From assembly GCA_964536485.1 (NCBI GenBank), contig CAZHXX010000009.1, positions 1-43,803 on the forward strand: a stretch of DNA of 43,803 bases. The letters are read 5' to 3'. Source of the stretch: an uncultured Candidatus Saccharibacteria bacterium (lineage in GTDB: Bacteria > Patescibacteriota > Saccharimonadia > Saccharimonadales > SZUA-47). Shown in pieces: positions 1-7,980 of this stretch. The notes under the pieces were generated by a model that searched no databases, was not told the origin of the DNA, and saw only the letters and a program-made list of their open reading frames with translations. The position numbers and the translations under genes were made by a program. Positions within the stretch are counted from its first letter, which is position 1, and the number at the start of each line of letters is the position of its first letter.

Positions 1-59
1 TACTAACAGTCTAGAACAACCACCTTTTTGTTGCTAAGGTGCTGAACCATTACGAATTA

Positions 60-88
60 TTGACTTTTTAAAGCATTAGTGCTATAGT
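60..88 (+). promoter_or_regulatory. candidate sigma70-type promoter
   Basis: TTGACT (60-65), 17-nt spacer, TATAGT (83-88), about 40 nt upstream of the ATG at 130. Confidence 0.4.
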
Positions 89-129
89 CGTGTAAGATAC
101 TAAAAAAACAAAAACAAAAGGAACAAAAA

Positions 130-531
130 ATGACGGATACAATAGAAGCTCAGAGTGGCCCCGGGCCTAACCCCCAAAGAGAACACTGGCATGGAGTGTT
201 GATGCGCAAAATTGAGGCAACACCACTTCCTGGTAGTGGTCTCGCCGATGTGCATCAAATTTCTGATAGCCCTGAACCTGCACAATTAGAAGCGGTTCCG
301 TCAACAAGACAGGGGTCAGCAGATGTAGTACAGCAAATTCAAGATGCTCTCGCCTCCATTCAACCTGGATCTCCAGAAGCACAAGAAATTACCGCGAGTC
401 AGACTAAATATCTTGATGATCGTGAAGCGGAAATAGTTGGCGATGTTCCTACAGAGATTGCAACTGAAGCAATTGGAAGCCTAATACAATCTAGAATTGA
501 AGAAAGCCGAGGGAAGACAGGAGAAAAGTAA
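130..531 (+). CDS. hypothetical acidic protein, 133 aa, no recognisable domain
   Basis: Longest ORF in the region, with an AAGGAA purine tract shortly upstream of the ATG. No motif recognised. Confidence 0.45.
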   Translation: MTDTIEAQSGPGPNPQREHWHGVLMRKIEATPLPGSGLADVHQISDSPEPAQLEAVPSTRQGSADVVQQIQDALASIQPGSPEAQEITASQTKYLDDREAEIVGDVPTEIATEAIGSLIQSRIEESRGKTGEK

Positions 532-676
532 ACTTCTAGCGCATCTCCTTGAATGACGCGCTGTAGCGCATACTTGTCCTATAGCCCATCCATAAACTAG
601 AAATAAAAAGTTCTGTAGATTGTAATATAGATTGTTCAAGCGCAAGGCAAGGATAAGAAGAATCTCTAAAATATTA

Positions 677-705
677 TTGACATAAGCGTAACATTATGCT
701 AATAT
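677..705 (+). promoter_or_regulatory. near-consensus sigma70 promoter (TTGACA-17-TAATAT)
   Basis: TTGACA 677-682, exact 17-nt spacer, TAATAT 700-705. It lies about 320 nt upstream of the next + strand ATG at 1025. Confidence 0.55.
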
Positions 706-711
706 TTAAAT

Positions 712-1024
712 AGTTTCGTAAGAAACAAACAAGAAAAAGAGGGTAATGTGGCTCGAAAGAGCCATAAGATGAACCCTCTTTTTCATTTTGTAGCTTACGG
801 ATAGAGACGATGGTGGGAATTTTTATTATCAAAAGCGGAGAGAGGTTGGCTCTGTCCATTAATACGCAAGTCTTTAGTAAGATTGCAATCATATAGAAAG
901 GAAATTCGCCCGTAGCTCTGCGGCCGTAAGGGAAAAGAGTAGCCAGTACGACAGATTTATTCTGGCGTCCTGCGCGTCGAGGAAAACCGCAGGTTGTCCT
1001 CGAGCAGCGAAGCGAAAAAAAACT
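712..1024 (+). ncRNA. candidate structured 5' leader or small RNA upstream of the KGG stress-protein gene; class not recognised
   Basis: About 310 nt between the promoter and the ATG at 1025 with no credible + strand ORF. GNRA-capped hairpins at 713-726 (gtttc-GTAA-gaaac) and 749-764 (tggctc-GAAA-gagcca). Compound hairpin plus T tract at 734-790. Interleaved complementary segments at 969-1003. Confidence 0.35.
734..790 (+). terminator. terminator- or attenuator-like compound hairpin with T tract inside the leader
   Basis: Outer stem aaaaagagggt / accctcttttt encloses the 749-764 GAAA hairpin and is followed by tttttcattttg. It would end a transcript of about 75 nt from the 677-705 promoter. 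Confidence 0.4.
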
Positions 1025-1222
1025 ATGGCAGGAACAAAAGCAGGCGGCCAAAAAGCTGCAGCTCGAAACAAGGCAAAATATGGTGCTGATTTTTATGCAA
1101 AAATTGGTGCAGCTGGTGGCAAAAAAGGCACAACTGGTGGCTTCTTTGCAAACCGTGAACTAGCTCGTGTAGCTGGTGCAAAAGGTGGCCGTATCAGCCG
1201 CCGAACTAAGAAAACCGCTTAA
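1025..1222 (+). CDS. small KGG-repeat general stress protein (YciG/GsiB-like)
   Basis: 65 aa, Gly/Lys/Ala-rich, with repeated GGKKG and AKGGR motifs typical of KGG stress-induced proteins. Confidence 0.55.
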   Translation: MAGTKAGGQKAAARNKAKYGADFYAKIGAAGGKKGTTGGFFANRELARVAGAKGGRISRRTKKTA

Positions 1223-1241
1223 TTTATTTTACAAGCATTTC

Positions 1242-1282
1242 AAATCGGATTTCGTTATTGTGCGACGGAATCCGATTTTTTT
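1242..1282. terminator. bidirectional intrinsic terminator between convergent genes
   Basis: aaatcggatt / aatccgattt 10-bp stem, A-rich on the 5' side and tttttttg on the 3' side. It sits between the stop at 1222 (+) and the stop at 1356 (-). Confidence 0.6.
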
Positions 1283-1355
1283 GCCTTGTAAAGTTCGGTA
1301 AAGATAGGCCTATGAAGGAGCGCTCTTCCCTGTTATTGTTGAACAAAAATAGTAT

Positions 1356-1814
1356 TCAAATTGCTTTACGATAAGGTCGGCAAAATCGCTCAGTTGAGAC
1401 GCGCCATTTCTTCTGGCAGAAAATACACACGTATACCCTGCTCGCTACTTGGACACCACTTAGATGACAGTCAGGGCAGAGGCTTCTTTTGTATAGCCAG
1501 TCTCGATAGCTATCAAGGCAGTCCTGAATGTGATCTTCGTTGATAGTAATTTTGTGGGCTTGCCCGATATCTTTAGCTTTTTCCCAGGCAGAAACCTCCA
1601 TTTGTACGAGCTCCACGTCTGAGTAGTAGTGTGTATGCCCAAGGAGTGCATGGCCAGTTTCGTGCAGTAGCGACCATAACGCCTCTTTGCCTTTTGAAGA
1701 GCTGTCGTAATGTACGGTTTTGTCTGCGGGCGACCAGAAAAAAGTATCACTCGCCGCAAGATGTAAATGAGGATTTTCTCGCTGAAGGATTGTGACAAGT
1801 TCTTGTAAGGTCAT
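1356..1814 (-). CDS. putative zinc metallopeptidase (HExxH) with C-terminal Cys4 zinc ribbon
   Basis: HETGH motif plus downstream E, with CPDC...CIFC near the C-terminus. Its ATG overlaps the stop of the upstream ROK gene (ATGA, 1811-1814). Confidence 0.55.
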   Translation of the reverse strand: MTLQELVTILQRENPHLHLAASDTFFWSPADKTVHYDSSSKGKEALWSLLHETGHALLGHTHYYSDVELVQMEVSAWEKAKDIGQAHKITINEDHIQDCLDSYRDWLYKRSLCPDCHLSGVQVASRVYVCIFCQKKWRVSTERFCRPYRKAI

Positions 1815-2620
1815 TGTTGTTTGCAGAGCAAATACCCACCATACACAACTGCTTCCTCGGGATGTTTTGCTTGAACGATCTGCGGTAAATCACCAAGCAT
1901 TTTACTTCTATAGATCTCTAGCTCTTCGTGTAGCTTCTCATGAAACTTCGGAAGGTGTGACCCGACGCCACCACCAATCACAATGCATTGTGGGCTGAGA
2001 GTTACAATCAAATCAATAAGTCCCACTGCGATGTTGCGTGCAACCATATACCAGTCACTCTCATCGGTAATTTCACTCGCCATTTTGCCTGTCTGCTGGA
2101 CTATAGCTTTGCCACTGGCAAATTCTTCCCAAGCTTTAAGACGGCCATTGTGTTCCATGACAAGCGCCTTTCCGCCTGCATCATGGACAGAATAGTCAAT
2201 TTTTCCGTCCACCACCAGTCCCAGCCCAATGCCCGTGCTTACAGTAACGTACAAAACTCGTGAATAAAAATCTCGTAGCTCATAAGCTTCAGCTAAGCCC
2301 GCTAGTTTTGCATCATTTTCAAGAAGTATAGGACACGACAAAACACTTGATAAATCCTGTCGAACAGCAACATTAGTCCAGAGCAGATTTCCAAAAGATT
2401 CAACTACGCCGGCCTCGCGGTTAATGACACCAGGAAGCCCCATTGCACAGGCTATAACATCTTGACCCTCGGTCATTTTGGCAATAGCACCCCTGAGCTC
2501 ATCCATGAATGTTGGATAAAACATATCGGTAGGAAATTTTTCTCTAGCAACCATCTCACCATCAGGAGAAAAGAGGGCAAGGAGGGTTTTTGTACCGCCA
2601 ACATCAATCGTTAAATACAT
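1811..2620 (-). CDS. ROK-family sugar kinase (glucokinase-like)
   Basis: N-terminal DVGGTK phosphate-1 motif, ENDA..A and GTGIG-like (STGIGLG) motifs of ROK/ASKHA kinases. The Cys-rich zinc motif appears absent. Confidence 0.75.
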   Translation of the reverse strand: MYLTIDVGGTKTLLALFSPDGEMVAREKFPTDMFYPTFMDELRGAIAKMTEGQDVIACAMGLPGVINREAGVVESFGNLLWTNVAVRQDLSSVLSCPILLENDAKLAGLAEAYELRDFYSRVLYVTVSTGIGLGLVVDGKIDYSVHDAGGKALVMEHNGRLKAWEEFASGKAIVQQTGKMASEITDESDWYMVARNIAVGLIDLIVTLSPQCIVIGGGVGSHLPKFHEKLHEELEIYRSKMLGDLPQIVQAKHPEEAVVYGGYLLCKQQ

Positions 2621-2704
2621 GCATCCATGGTACCGGTTTTAGGCATGCGCAAGCAAGCACGTTTCTGCTTTCTTGCCGATACCCAAAGTGCCCTAGGCTA
2701 ACTC

Positions 2705-2733
2705 TTTACTTACAGATGTAAAATCGTTATAAT
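2705..2733 (+). promoter_or_regulatory. candidate rpsA promoter (TTTACT-17-TATAAT)
   Basis: TATAAT at 2728-2733 with TTTACT 17 nt upstream. Confidence 0.35.
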
Positions 2734-2799
2734 TATAGCTAAGTTTGGCGGAACAAACGGTCTACGGGCTGCCGCAAGCCTATAAGGAGGCATTTTTTA

Positions 2800-3858
2800 A
2801 TGTCAAAAGTAACTATGGATGAGCTTTTAGCGAGCTCAGAAATTCAGCAATTAAAGGTTGGTGACGTTGTCGAAGGCAAAGTCATGTCGGTAAAGAAGCA
2901 CGAAGTCTGGATAGACCTCGGTGCGAACGGTATCGGTGTGGTAATGCGTCGAGAAATTGGCCCAGGCCAAGACCTTGAAAAAGGGCAAGAGATCACCGTA
3001 AGTGTTGTCGATCCAGAGATGGAAGAAGGTCACGCACTGCTCAGCATGAAGCGTGCCGTCAAGGACAAGGGCTGGGATGAACTCGAGAGAGTCTTCGAAG
3101 CAAAAGAAACTATCGAAGTATTTGCCTACGACGCAAACCGCGGTGGACTTCTTATCGAACTTGAAGGTATCCGTGGCTTTATGCCGGTTTCACAGCTTTC
3201 TGCAGACCACTACCCACGTGTATCTGGCGCTGACAAAGACGAGATCATGCAGAAGCTTGGTGCGCTTGTAAAGAAGCCACTTTCTGTACGTATTCTTGAT
3301 GTTAGCCGTAAAGACAACAAGCTTATCTTCTCTGAGAAAGAAGCAGCAAAAGACGACATGCAAGAGCGCTTCGCGAAACTTGCTGTTGGTGATGTTGTTG
3401 AAGGAGTTGTTACAGGAGTTATCGACTTCGGAGCTTTTGTGAATGTTGATGGCATTGAAGGGCTTATTCACATCTCAGAAATTTCATGGGAACGTGTAGA
3501 AGATCCAAAGAAGTACGTCAAAACTGGCGACAGCGTGAAAGCAAAAATCATTGCTATCGACAAAGATCGTCTTTCACTCAGTCTCAAGCAAATGAGCGAG
3601 GACCCATGGTTGAACGAAGTAAAACAGTTCGAAAAGGGAAGTCTTGTCGAGGGTCGTGTTACTCGCATCACCCCATTCGGAGCTTTTGTGCAACTTTCTC
3701 CTGCGGTTGAAGCCCTAGTCCACGTCTCAGAAATGAGCAACGACGAAGGTACTGACCCAGAAAAAGTCTTCAAAGTAAACGAAACAAAGCAGTTCAAAGT
3801 ACTAGACGTTGATACGGAATCACGCAAAATTGCGTTGAGTCTTAAAGACGCAAAGTAA
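2800..3858 (+). CDS. rpsA: 30S ribosomal protein S1, short four-domain form
   Basis: Four tandem S1/OB repeats (G.VV.G.V......G..V.L...G..G....SE pattern). AGGAGG lies 11 nt upstream of the ATG. Confidence 0.8.
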   Translation: MSKVTMDELLASSEIQQLKVGDVVEGKVMSVKKHEVWIDLGANGIGVVMRREIGPGQDLEKGQEITVSVVDPEMEEGHALLSMKRAVKDKGWDELERVFEAKETIEVFAYDANRGGLLIELEGIRGFMPVSQLSADHYPRVSGADKDEIMQKLGALVKKPLSVRILDVSRKDNKLIFSEKEAAKDDMQERFAKLAVGDVVEGVVTGVIDFGAFVNVDGIEGLIHISEISWERVEDPKKYVKTGDSVKAKIIAIDKDRLSLSLKQMSEDPWLNEVKQFEKGSLVEGRVTRITPFGAFVQLSPAVEALVHVSEMSNDEGTDPEKVFKVNETKQFKVLDVDTESRKIALSLKDAK

Positions 3859-3870
3859 CTGTAGAGCATC

Positions 3871-3931
3871 GTCTGCGCGTTAGCGCCAAGCTGACGCGCA
3901 GACAAAAGCAAGACTCTGCCTAAGGGGCAGA
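3871..3931 (+). terminator. two stem-loops between rpsA and infB, a possible terminator or processing site
   Basis: gtctgcgcgt / acgcgcagac 10-bp stem (3871-3903) and tctgcc / ggcaga (3915-3931). No clear T tract. Confidence 0.3.
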
Positions 3932-3960
3932 ACGTAACGAGAAAGAAAGGGACAGCTGAA

Positions 3961-5733
3961 ATGGCAAAGCAGATTGAAATCGACAGCATGGTTACCGTAG
4001 GTATGCTTGCCGAAAAGCTTGAAATCCCGGTAACAAAACTTATTGGAGAGCTGTTTAAAAACGGCATGATGGTGACGGTCAATGAAAAAATCGACGTCGA
4101 CACCGCCCAAATTATTATTGATGAACTCGGCCTCGAAGCGGAACTTGTCGCTAAGGTAGACGAGATAGCTTTGCCAAAAAGGCAAAAAACGAGCACCGAT
4201 CCAAACGCCAAGACACGGCCACCAGTCATAGCGGTCATGGGCCATGTTGACCACGGCAAGACAAGTCTTCTCGACAAAATCAGAAGCGCTAATGTTGCAA
4301 AAGGCGAGAGCGGAGGAATCACTCAACATATCTCTGCATACCAGGTCTCGCACCCAACAGCAGAGGGCGCTCGAATTATCACATTTCTAGATACACCGGG
4401 TCATGAGGCCTTTGCGGCTTTGCGCGAACACGGCGCATATTTAACCGACCTCGTTGTGATCGTGGTGGCGGCAGATGACGGTATCAAGCCACAAACACTT
4501 GAAGCTATTCGTTTTGCCCGCAAGGCAGGCGTTAAAATGCTGGTTGCCGCTAACAAAATGGACAAAGAAGGCGCAGACCTCAACCGTCTCAAGCAACAGC
4601 TCGCAGAACACGAACTTCTCCCAGAAGATTGGGGTGGCGACACCGTGATTATGCCGGTTTCGGCAAAGACTGGAGACGGCGTGAAAGAGCTCCTCGATAT
4701 CATCTTGCTTATGGCAGATGTCGAAGACTTAAAAGCAATAGACGACGGCCTCGCTAAAGGGCTGGTTATTGAGGCACATATGGAACAGGGCAAAGGGCCA
4801 ACAGCAGTTGTACTTGTTGAGCAAGGCACATTGAAACAAGGCGATTTCGTGGTAGCAGGTGATGTGTATGCCAAAGTTCGCACGCTAGAAACTCCAGATG
4901 GCCACAGCGTGAAAGAAGCAGGCCCTTCGACACCAGTTGTTGTGAGTGGCTTTAAAGCCTTGCCAGAATTTGGTACACAATTTGATGTTGTGGCTAACGA
5001 AAAGCTTGCTCGCAGTAGAAGCGAAGAATCCGCCGCCAACACACAAGCCCGAGGAAAGCTTTCAGGTGCAAGTGCTGGTGACCTCTTGAAGGCCATGACC
5101 AGGACAACTGAGTTGCAAGAGCTCACCATCATTGTTAAGGCAGACGTCCAAGGCTCACTTACTTCAGTTGTTGACTCGCTCAAAACACTCGATACAGAAG
5201 AAGTCGCCATCAAAGTGGTTGGGTCTGGAGTTGGCGCCTTTACTGACAACGACTTACATCTTGCCTCTACAACAGGAGCAATTCTCTACGGTTTTAACGT
5301 TGAGCTTCCAAGCGCACTTCGACAGCTTGCTGCACGTGACAACTTAAAGATTCGAAGTTATAAAGTAATCTACGAACTACTTGATGATGCGAAGGAAGAG
5401 TTGTCGCAATTGCTCGCGCCAGAAGTTGTCATTACCGATCTGGGACGCTTGAAGATTAAACAAGTCTTCAAAACTTCAAAAACTGAAGTTATCTGCGGTG
5501 GAGAAGTCACTAAAGGAAAAATCGTGGTTGGTGCAACAGTTAAGATCTTCCGAGACAAAGAAGAGATTGGCGAAGTGGAGTGTTCTCGTTTGCAACGTGG
5601 CCCTCAGGAAACAAAAGAAGTCTTAGAGGGTGAACTATGTGGCGTAAGCCTCAAGACCAGTTCAAAACTGCTTCTTGAAGAAGGGGATTCCCTCGAATTC
5701 TTCACTAAAGAATTAAAAGAAAGGACATTGTAG
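3961..5733 (+). CDS. infB: translation initiation factor IF-2, short N-terminus
   Basis: G-domain motifs GHVDHGKTSLLD, DTPGHEAF and NKMD, followed by the IF-2 beta-barrel and C-terminal domains. Confidence 0.95.
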   Translation: MAKQIEIDSMVTVGMLAEKLEIPVTKLIGELFKNGMMVTVNEKIDVDTAQIIIDELGLEAELVAKVDEIALPKRQKTSTDPNAKTRPPVIAVMGHVDHGKTSLLDKIRSANVAKGESGGITQHISAYQVSHPTAEGARIITFLDTPGHEAFAALREHGAYLTDLVVIVVAADDGIKPQTLEAIRFARKAGVKMLVAANKMDKEGADLNRLKQQLAEHELLPEDWGGDTVIMPVSAKTGDGVKELLDIILLMADVEDLKAIDDGLAKGLVIEAHMEQGKGPTAVVLVEQGTLKQGDFVVAGDVYAKVRTLETPDGHSVKEAGPSTPVVVSGFKALPEFGTQFDVVANEKLARSRSEESAANTQARGKLSGASAGDLLKAMTRTTELQELTIIVKADVQGSLTSVVDSLKTLDTEEVAIKVVGSGVGAFTDNDLHLASTTGAILYGFNVELPSALRQLAARDNLKIRSYKVIYELLDDAKEELSQLLAPEVVITDLGRLKIKQVFKTSKTEVICGGEVTKGKIVVGATVKIFRDKEEIGEVECSRLQRGPQETKEVLEGELCGVSLKTSSKLLLEEGDSLEFFTKELKERTL

Positions 5734-5757
5734 TAATTTTTTTGCTACACTAAGCAT

Positions 5758-6453
5758 ATGTTTAAACTCGATGACAACTTTCTCGTAGAACTTGGCTTAG
5801 GGGCATTGCCACCAGCCGAAAAGAATAAAATGCTTGCTCATATTTATGAGACACTTGAAATGCGCGTCGGTATGCGTCTTGCCGAGAAAATGAGCAACGA
5901 GCAACTAGATGAGTTCGAAGCATTCATCAATAAGAATGATGAAGCAGGCGCGTTGAAGTGGCTTGAGACGAACTTTCCTAATTACAAGCAAGTTGTTGCT
6001 GAAGAGCTAGAAAAGCTCAAGTCAGAGATTAAGCAGGTAGCACCACAAATTGTTCAACAGGCGATGGAGCAGGCGAGTCAGCAACCACAGCCGGCCATTT
6101 CTCAACAGCAGTATCCTGCACAGTCACAAGCCGTAGCACCTCAGGCACCACCGTCGCTACAGCCAACTCAGCCACTACAGCCACAACCAGCCTACGCTCA
6201 GGCACCACCCGTACCCCAGCAACAACCTCAATATGGTTCGCCAATACCTCCTGCGCCTCAGGCGATGCCTGCCCAGATGCCACAAAACAACCAGTACGCA
6301 CAGCAACCATATCCTTCGGCGCCGGCGCAACCTGTTTATCAGCAGCAACAACCTCAATACCAACAGCCTCAGCTACAACAACCCCAACAGCCATACGAAC
6401 CACCACAAACTCAGCAGTATACGCCACCAGTTCCACCTCAACAACCAGCTTAG
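5758..6453 (+). CDS. hypothetical protein: about 95-aa helical N-terminal domain plus about 130-aa P/Q-rich tail
   Basis: ORF with no Shine-Dalgarno. TGcTACACT lies 6 nt upstream of the ATG. The C-terminal half is almost only Q, P, A and Y. Confidence 0.6.
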   Translation: MFKLDDNFLVELGLGALPPAEKNKMLAHIYETLEMRVGMRLAEKMSNEQLDEFEAFINKNDEAGALKWLETNFPNYKQVVAEELEKLKSEIKQVAPQIVQQAMEQASQQPQPAISQQQYPAQSQAVAPQAPPSLQPTQPLQPQPAYAQAPPVPQQQPQYGSPIPPAPQAMPAQMPQNNQYAQQPYPSAPAQPVYQQQQPQYQQPQLQQPQQPYEPPQTQQYTPPVPPQQPA

Positions 6454-6478
6454 GTAGTAGAGTAGGAAAAAAAGAAGA

Positions 6479-7408
6479 CTACAGCCTGCTTGCGTAGCCA
6501 GCCAAGAACGCCTCTATAGTCATCTCTTTTTTGCCTGCTGGCTTTAGCTTTGTGATTGAATAGCGTCCTTCTCCACATATTATGACAAGTTGGTGCTTGT
6601 CGCGTATGACTTCATACGTGCCAGGTTGCCCGATGGTTGGTGCCACGTTGCTAGGTATAACGTTTCCTTCAGTAATAACGAGCTCTATACCATTAAGCAC
6701 GGTGTAGCTTTTTGGCCATCCGCTAAAGGCCCGAACTTCTCGCTCAATCTGTATCGCTGGTTTCTTCCAATCAATTTTTCCATCTTCTTTTGATAGCTTT
6801 CGCGTGTAAGTAGGCTTCTGGCTGTAGCCATTTCGTTTTGCCATTTCTTCTTGAGACGTCGGGGTAAGGCCTCCTTCTAGGTATGTTGCTAAGTTTTTTT
6901 GCAAAAGAGAAGTACTCAATTCAATGAGACTCTGGGTAAGTAATGGTGTTGTTTCAGTACCGTTGAGCGGTAGTATCTTCACATCAAGAAGCGCCCCCTC
7001 ATCCATTTTTTCAACCACCAACATAAGGCTTACTCCCGTCTTGTCATGACCCTCGAGGAGAGCAAAGCTAATAGGGTCAGCACCGCGCAAGAGGGGAAGT
7101 AGCGAGAAGTGGCTGTTGATAATACCTTTTGGAAAACTGTTTATAACAAAATTACTCACGATGATACCAAAATCTATAAGAACTCCGCACTGACTCGAAA
7201 AGTGCTCTTCAGCTAAAAGCGTGTCGAGCTCTGCTTTATTTTGAACACAGAATAAAGGAGTACCAGGAGAAGCATCCGACATTTCACGAGCGGTTGTCGG
7301 CTTGGTTATGATAGCTTCAACCTGAAACAACGCTTCAAGTTGGCGTAAGCTTTCAGCTGCTACTGGCCCACTACCAAAGAATACGAAAGATGTCTTTTCG
7401 TTCTTCAT
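6479..7408 (-). CDS. fmt: methionyl-tRNA formyltransferase
   Basis: N-terminal FFGSG fold, NSHFSLLPLLRGADP formyltransferase motif and a C-terminal Fmt domain. Immediately downstream of def. Confidence 0.9.
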   Translation of the reverse strand: MKNEKTSFVFFGSGPVAAESLRQLEALFQVEAIITKPTTAREMSDASPGTPLFCVQNKAELDTLLAEEHFSSQCGVLIDFGIIVSNFVINSFPKGIINSHFSLLPLLRGADPISFALLEGHDKTGVSLMLVVEKMDEGALLDVKILPLNGTETTPLLTQSLIELSTSLLQKNLATYLEGGLTPTSQEEMAKRNGYSQKPTYTRKLSKEDGKIDWKKPAIQIEREVRAFSGWPKSYTVLNGIELVITEGNVIPSNVAPTIGQPGTYEVIRDKHQLVIICGEGRYSITKLKPAGKKEMTIEAFLAGYASRL

Positions 7409-7940
7409 CAGAAAGATCCTCTATCTTGCCATTACTAGCCAGTTTATAGAATGCCTCAGGGGTATCCTTAATTCTGTCTACAAAAAGCATGCCATTAGTA
7501 TGGTCAATTTCATGTTGAAAAACTCGTGCCAAAAAGCCTTCTGCTGTAATTCTTACTTCTTTTCCTTGTAAGTCTTTTGCTTTGACTTTAACTTTTTTAT
7601 AGCGTGGAACTTTTCCGTATACGTTTGCAACGCTTAGACACCCTTCAAATTCTTCCTCTATTTCTCCTGCATATTTCACTATCTCTGGGTTGATAAATAC
7701 TTGAAAAGTACGATCAGCTTTGTTGTCGAAATTATTACGTACTATGACAACTCGCTTGTGAACATTTATCTGTACAGCTGCGAGTGCTACGCCAACTTCG
7801 TGTTCTCTCGTGTCTTCCCAGTCGAGAGTCGCCTTCTCCATAGCTGTAATAAGTTCTTTAATACTGTCATCGACAAAGCCGACTCGTTTGGACCTTTCGC
7901 GCAGACTGGTGTGAGGGAGGGTAATAAGTGTGTTCTTCAT
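7371..7940 (-). CDS. def: peptide deformylase
   Basis: EGCLS and QHEIDH metal-binding motifs. Overlaps the fmt start by 38 nt. Confidence 0.9.
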   Translation of the reverse strand: MKNTLITLPHTSLRERSKRVGFVDDSIKELITAMEKATLDWEDTREHEVGVALAAVQINVHKRVVIVRNNFDNKADRTFQVFINPEIVKYAGEIEEEFEGCLSVANVYGKVPRYKKVKVKAKDLQGKEVRITAEGFLARVFQHEIDHTNGMLFVDRIKDTPEAFYKLASNGKIEDLSDEERKDIFRILW

Positions 7941-7980
7941 TTCACGACATTATATCCATAATTGAGCATAAACTCTAGTC

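Noticed and set aside
1-129. A possible 3' end of an upstream gene or a tRNA at the window edge
   Set aside because: There is no open frame reaching the edge that could be supported, and no tRNA cloverleaf or T-loop (GGTTCGAATCC-like) motif. Only a promoter-like element was retained.
712-1024. RNase P RNA, tmRNA, 6S RNA or SRP RNA, because of the size and structure of the ORF-less region
   Set aside because: The region lacks the RNase P GGAAAGUCCGGGC and ACAGAA..CGGCUUA P4 strands. It also lacks a tRNA-like acceptor/T-arm ending in CCA for tmRNA, and no SRP domain IV motif was recognised.
674-1051. The 125-aa minus-strand ORF from the track
   Set aside because: It runs antisense through the promoter and the structured leader and overlaps the KGG gene start. 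It has no ribosome-binding site and a Cys/Arg/Phe-rich composition typical of spurious ORFs.
3468-5249. Long minus-strand ORFs (3468-4322, 3880-4353, 4401-5249) antisense to rpsA and infB
   Set aside because: They are shadow ORFs opposite strongly supported genes. Their S/T/A-rich low-complexity translations contain no motifs. The same reasoning applies to 13012-13443, 16377-17000, 23708-24247, 28121-28534, 28580-29002 and the other antisense ORFs inside the giant genes.
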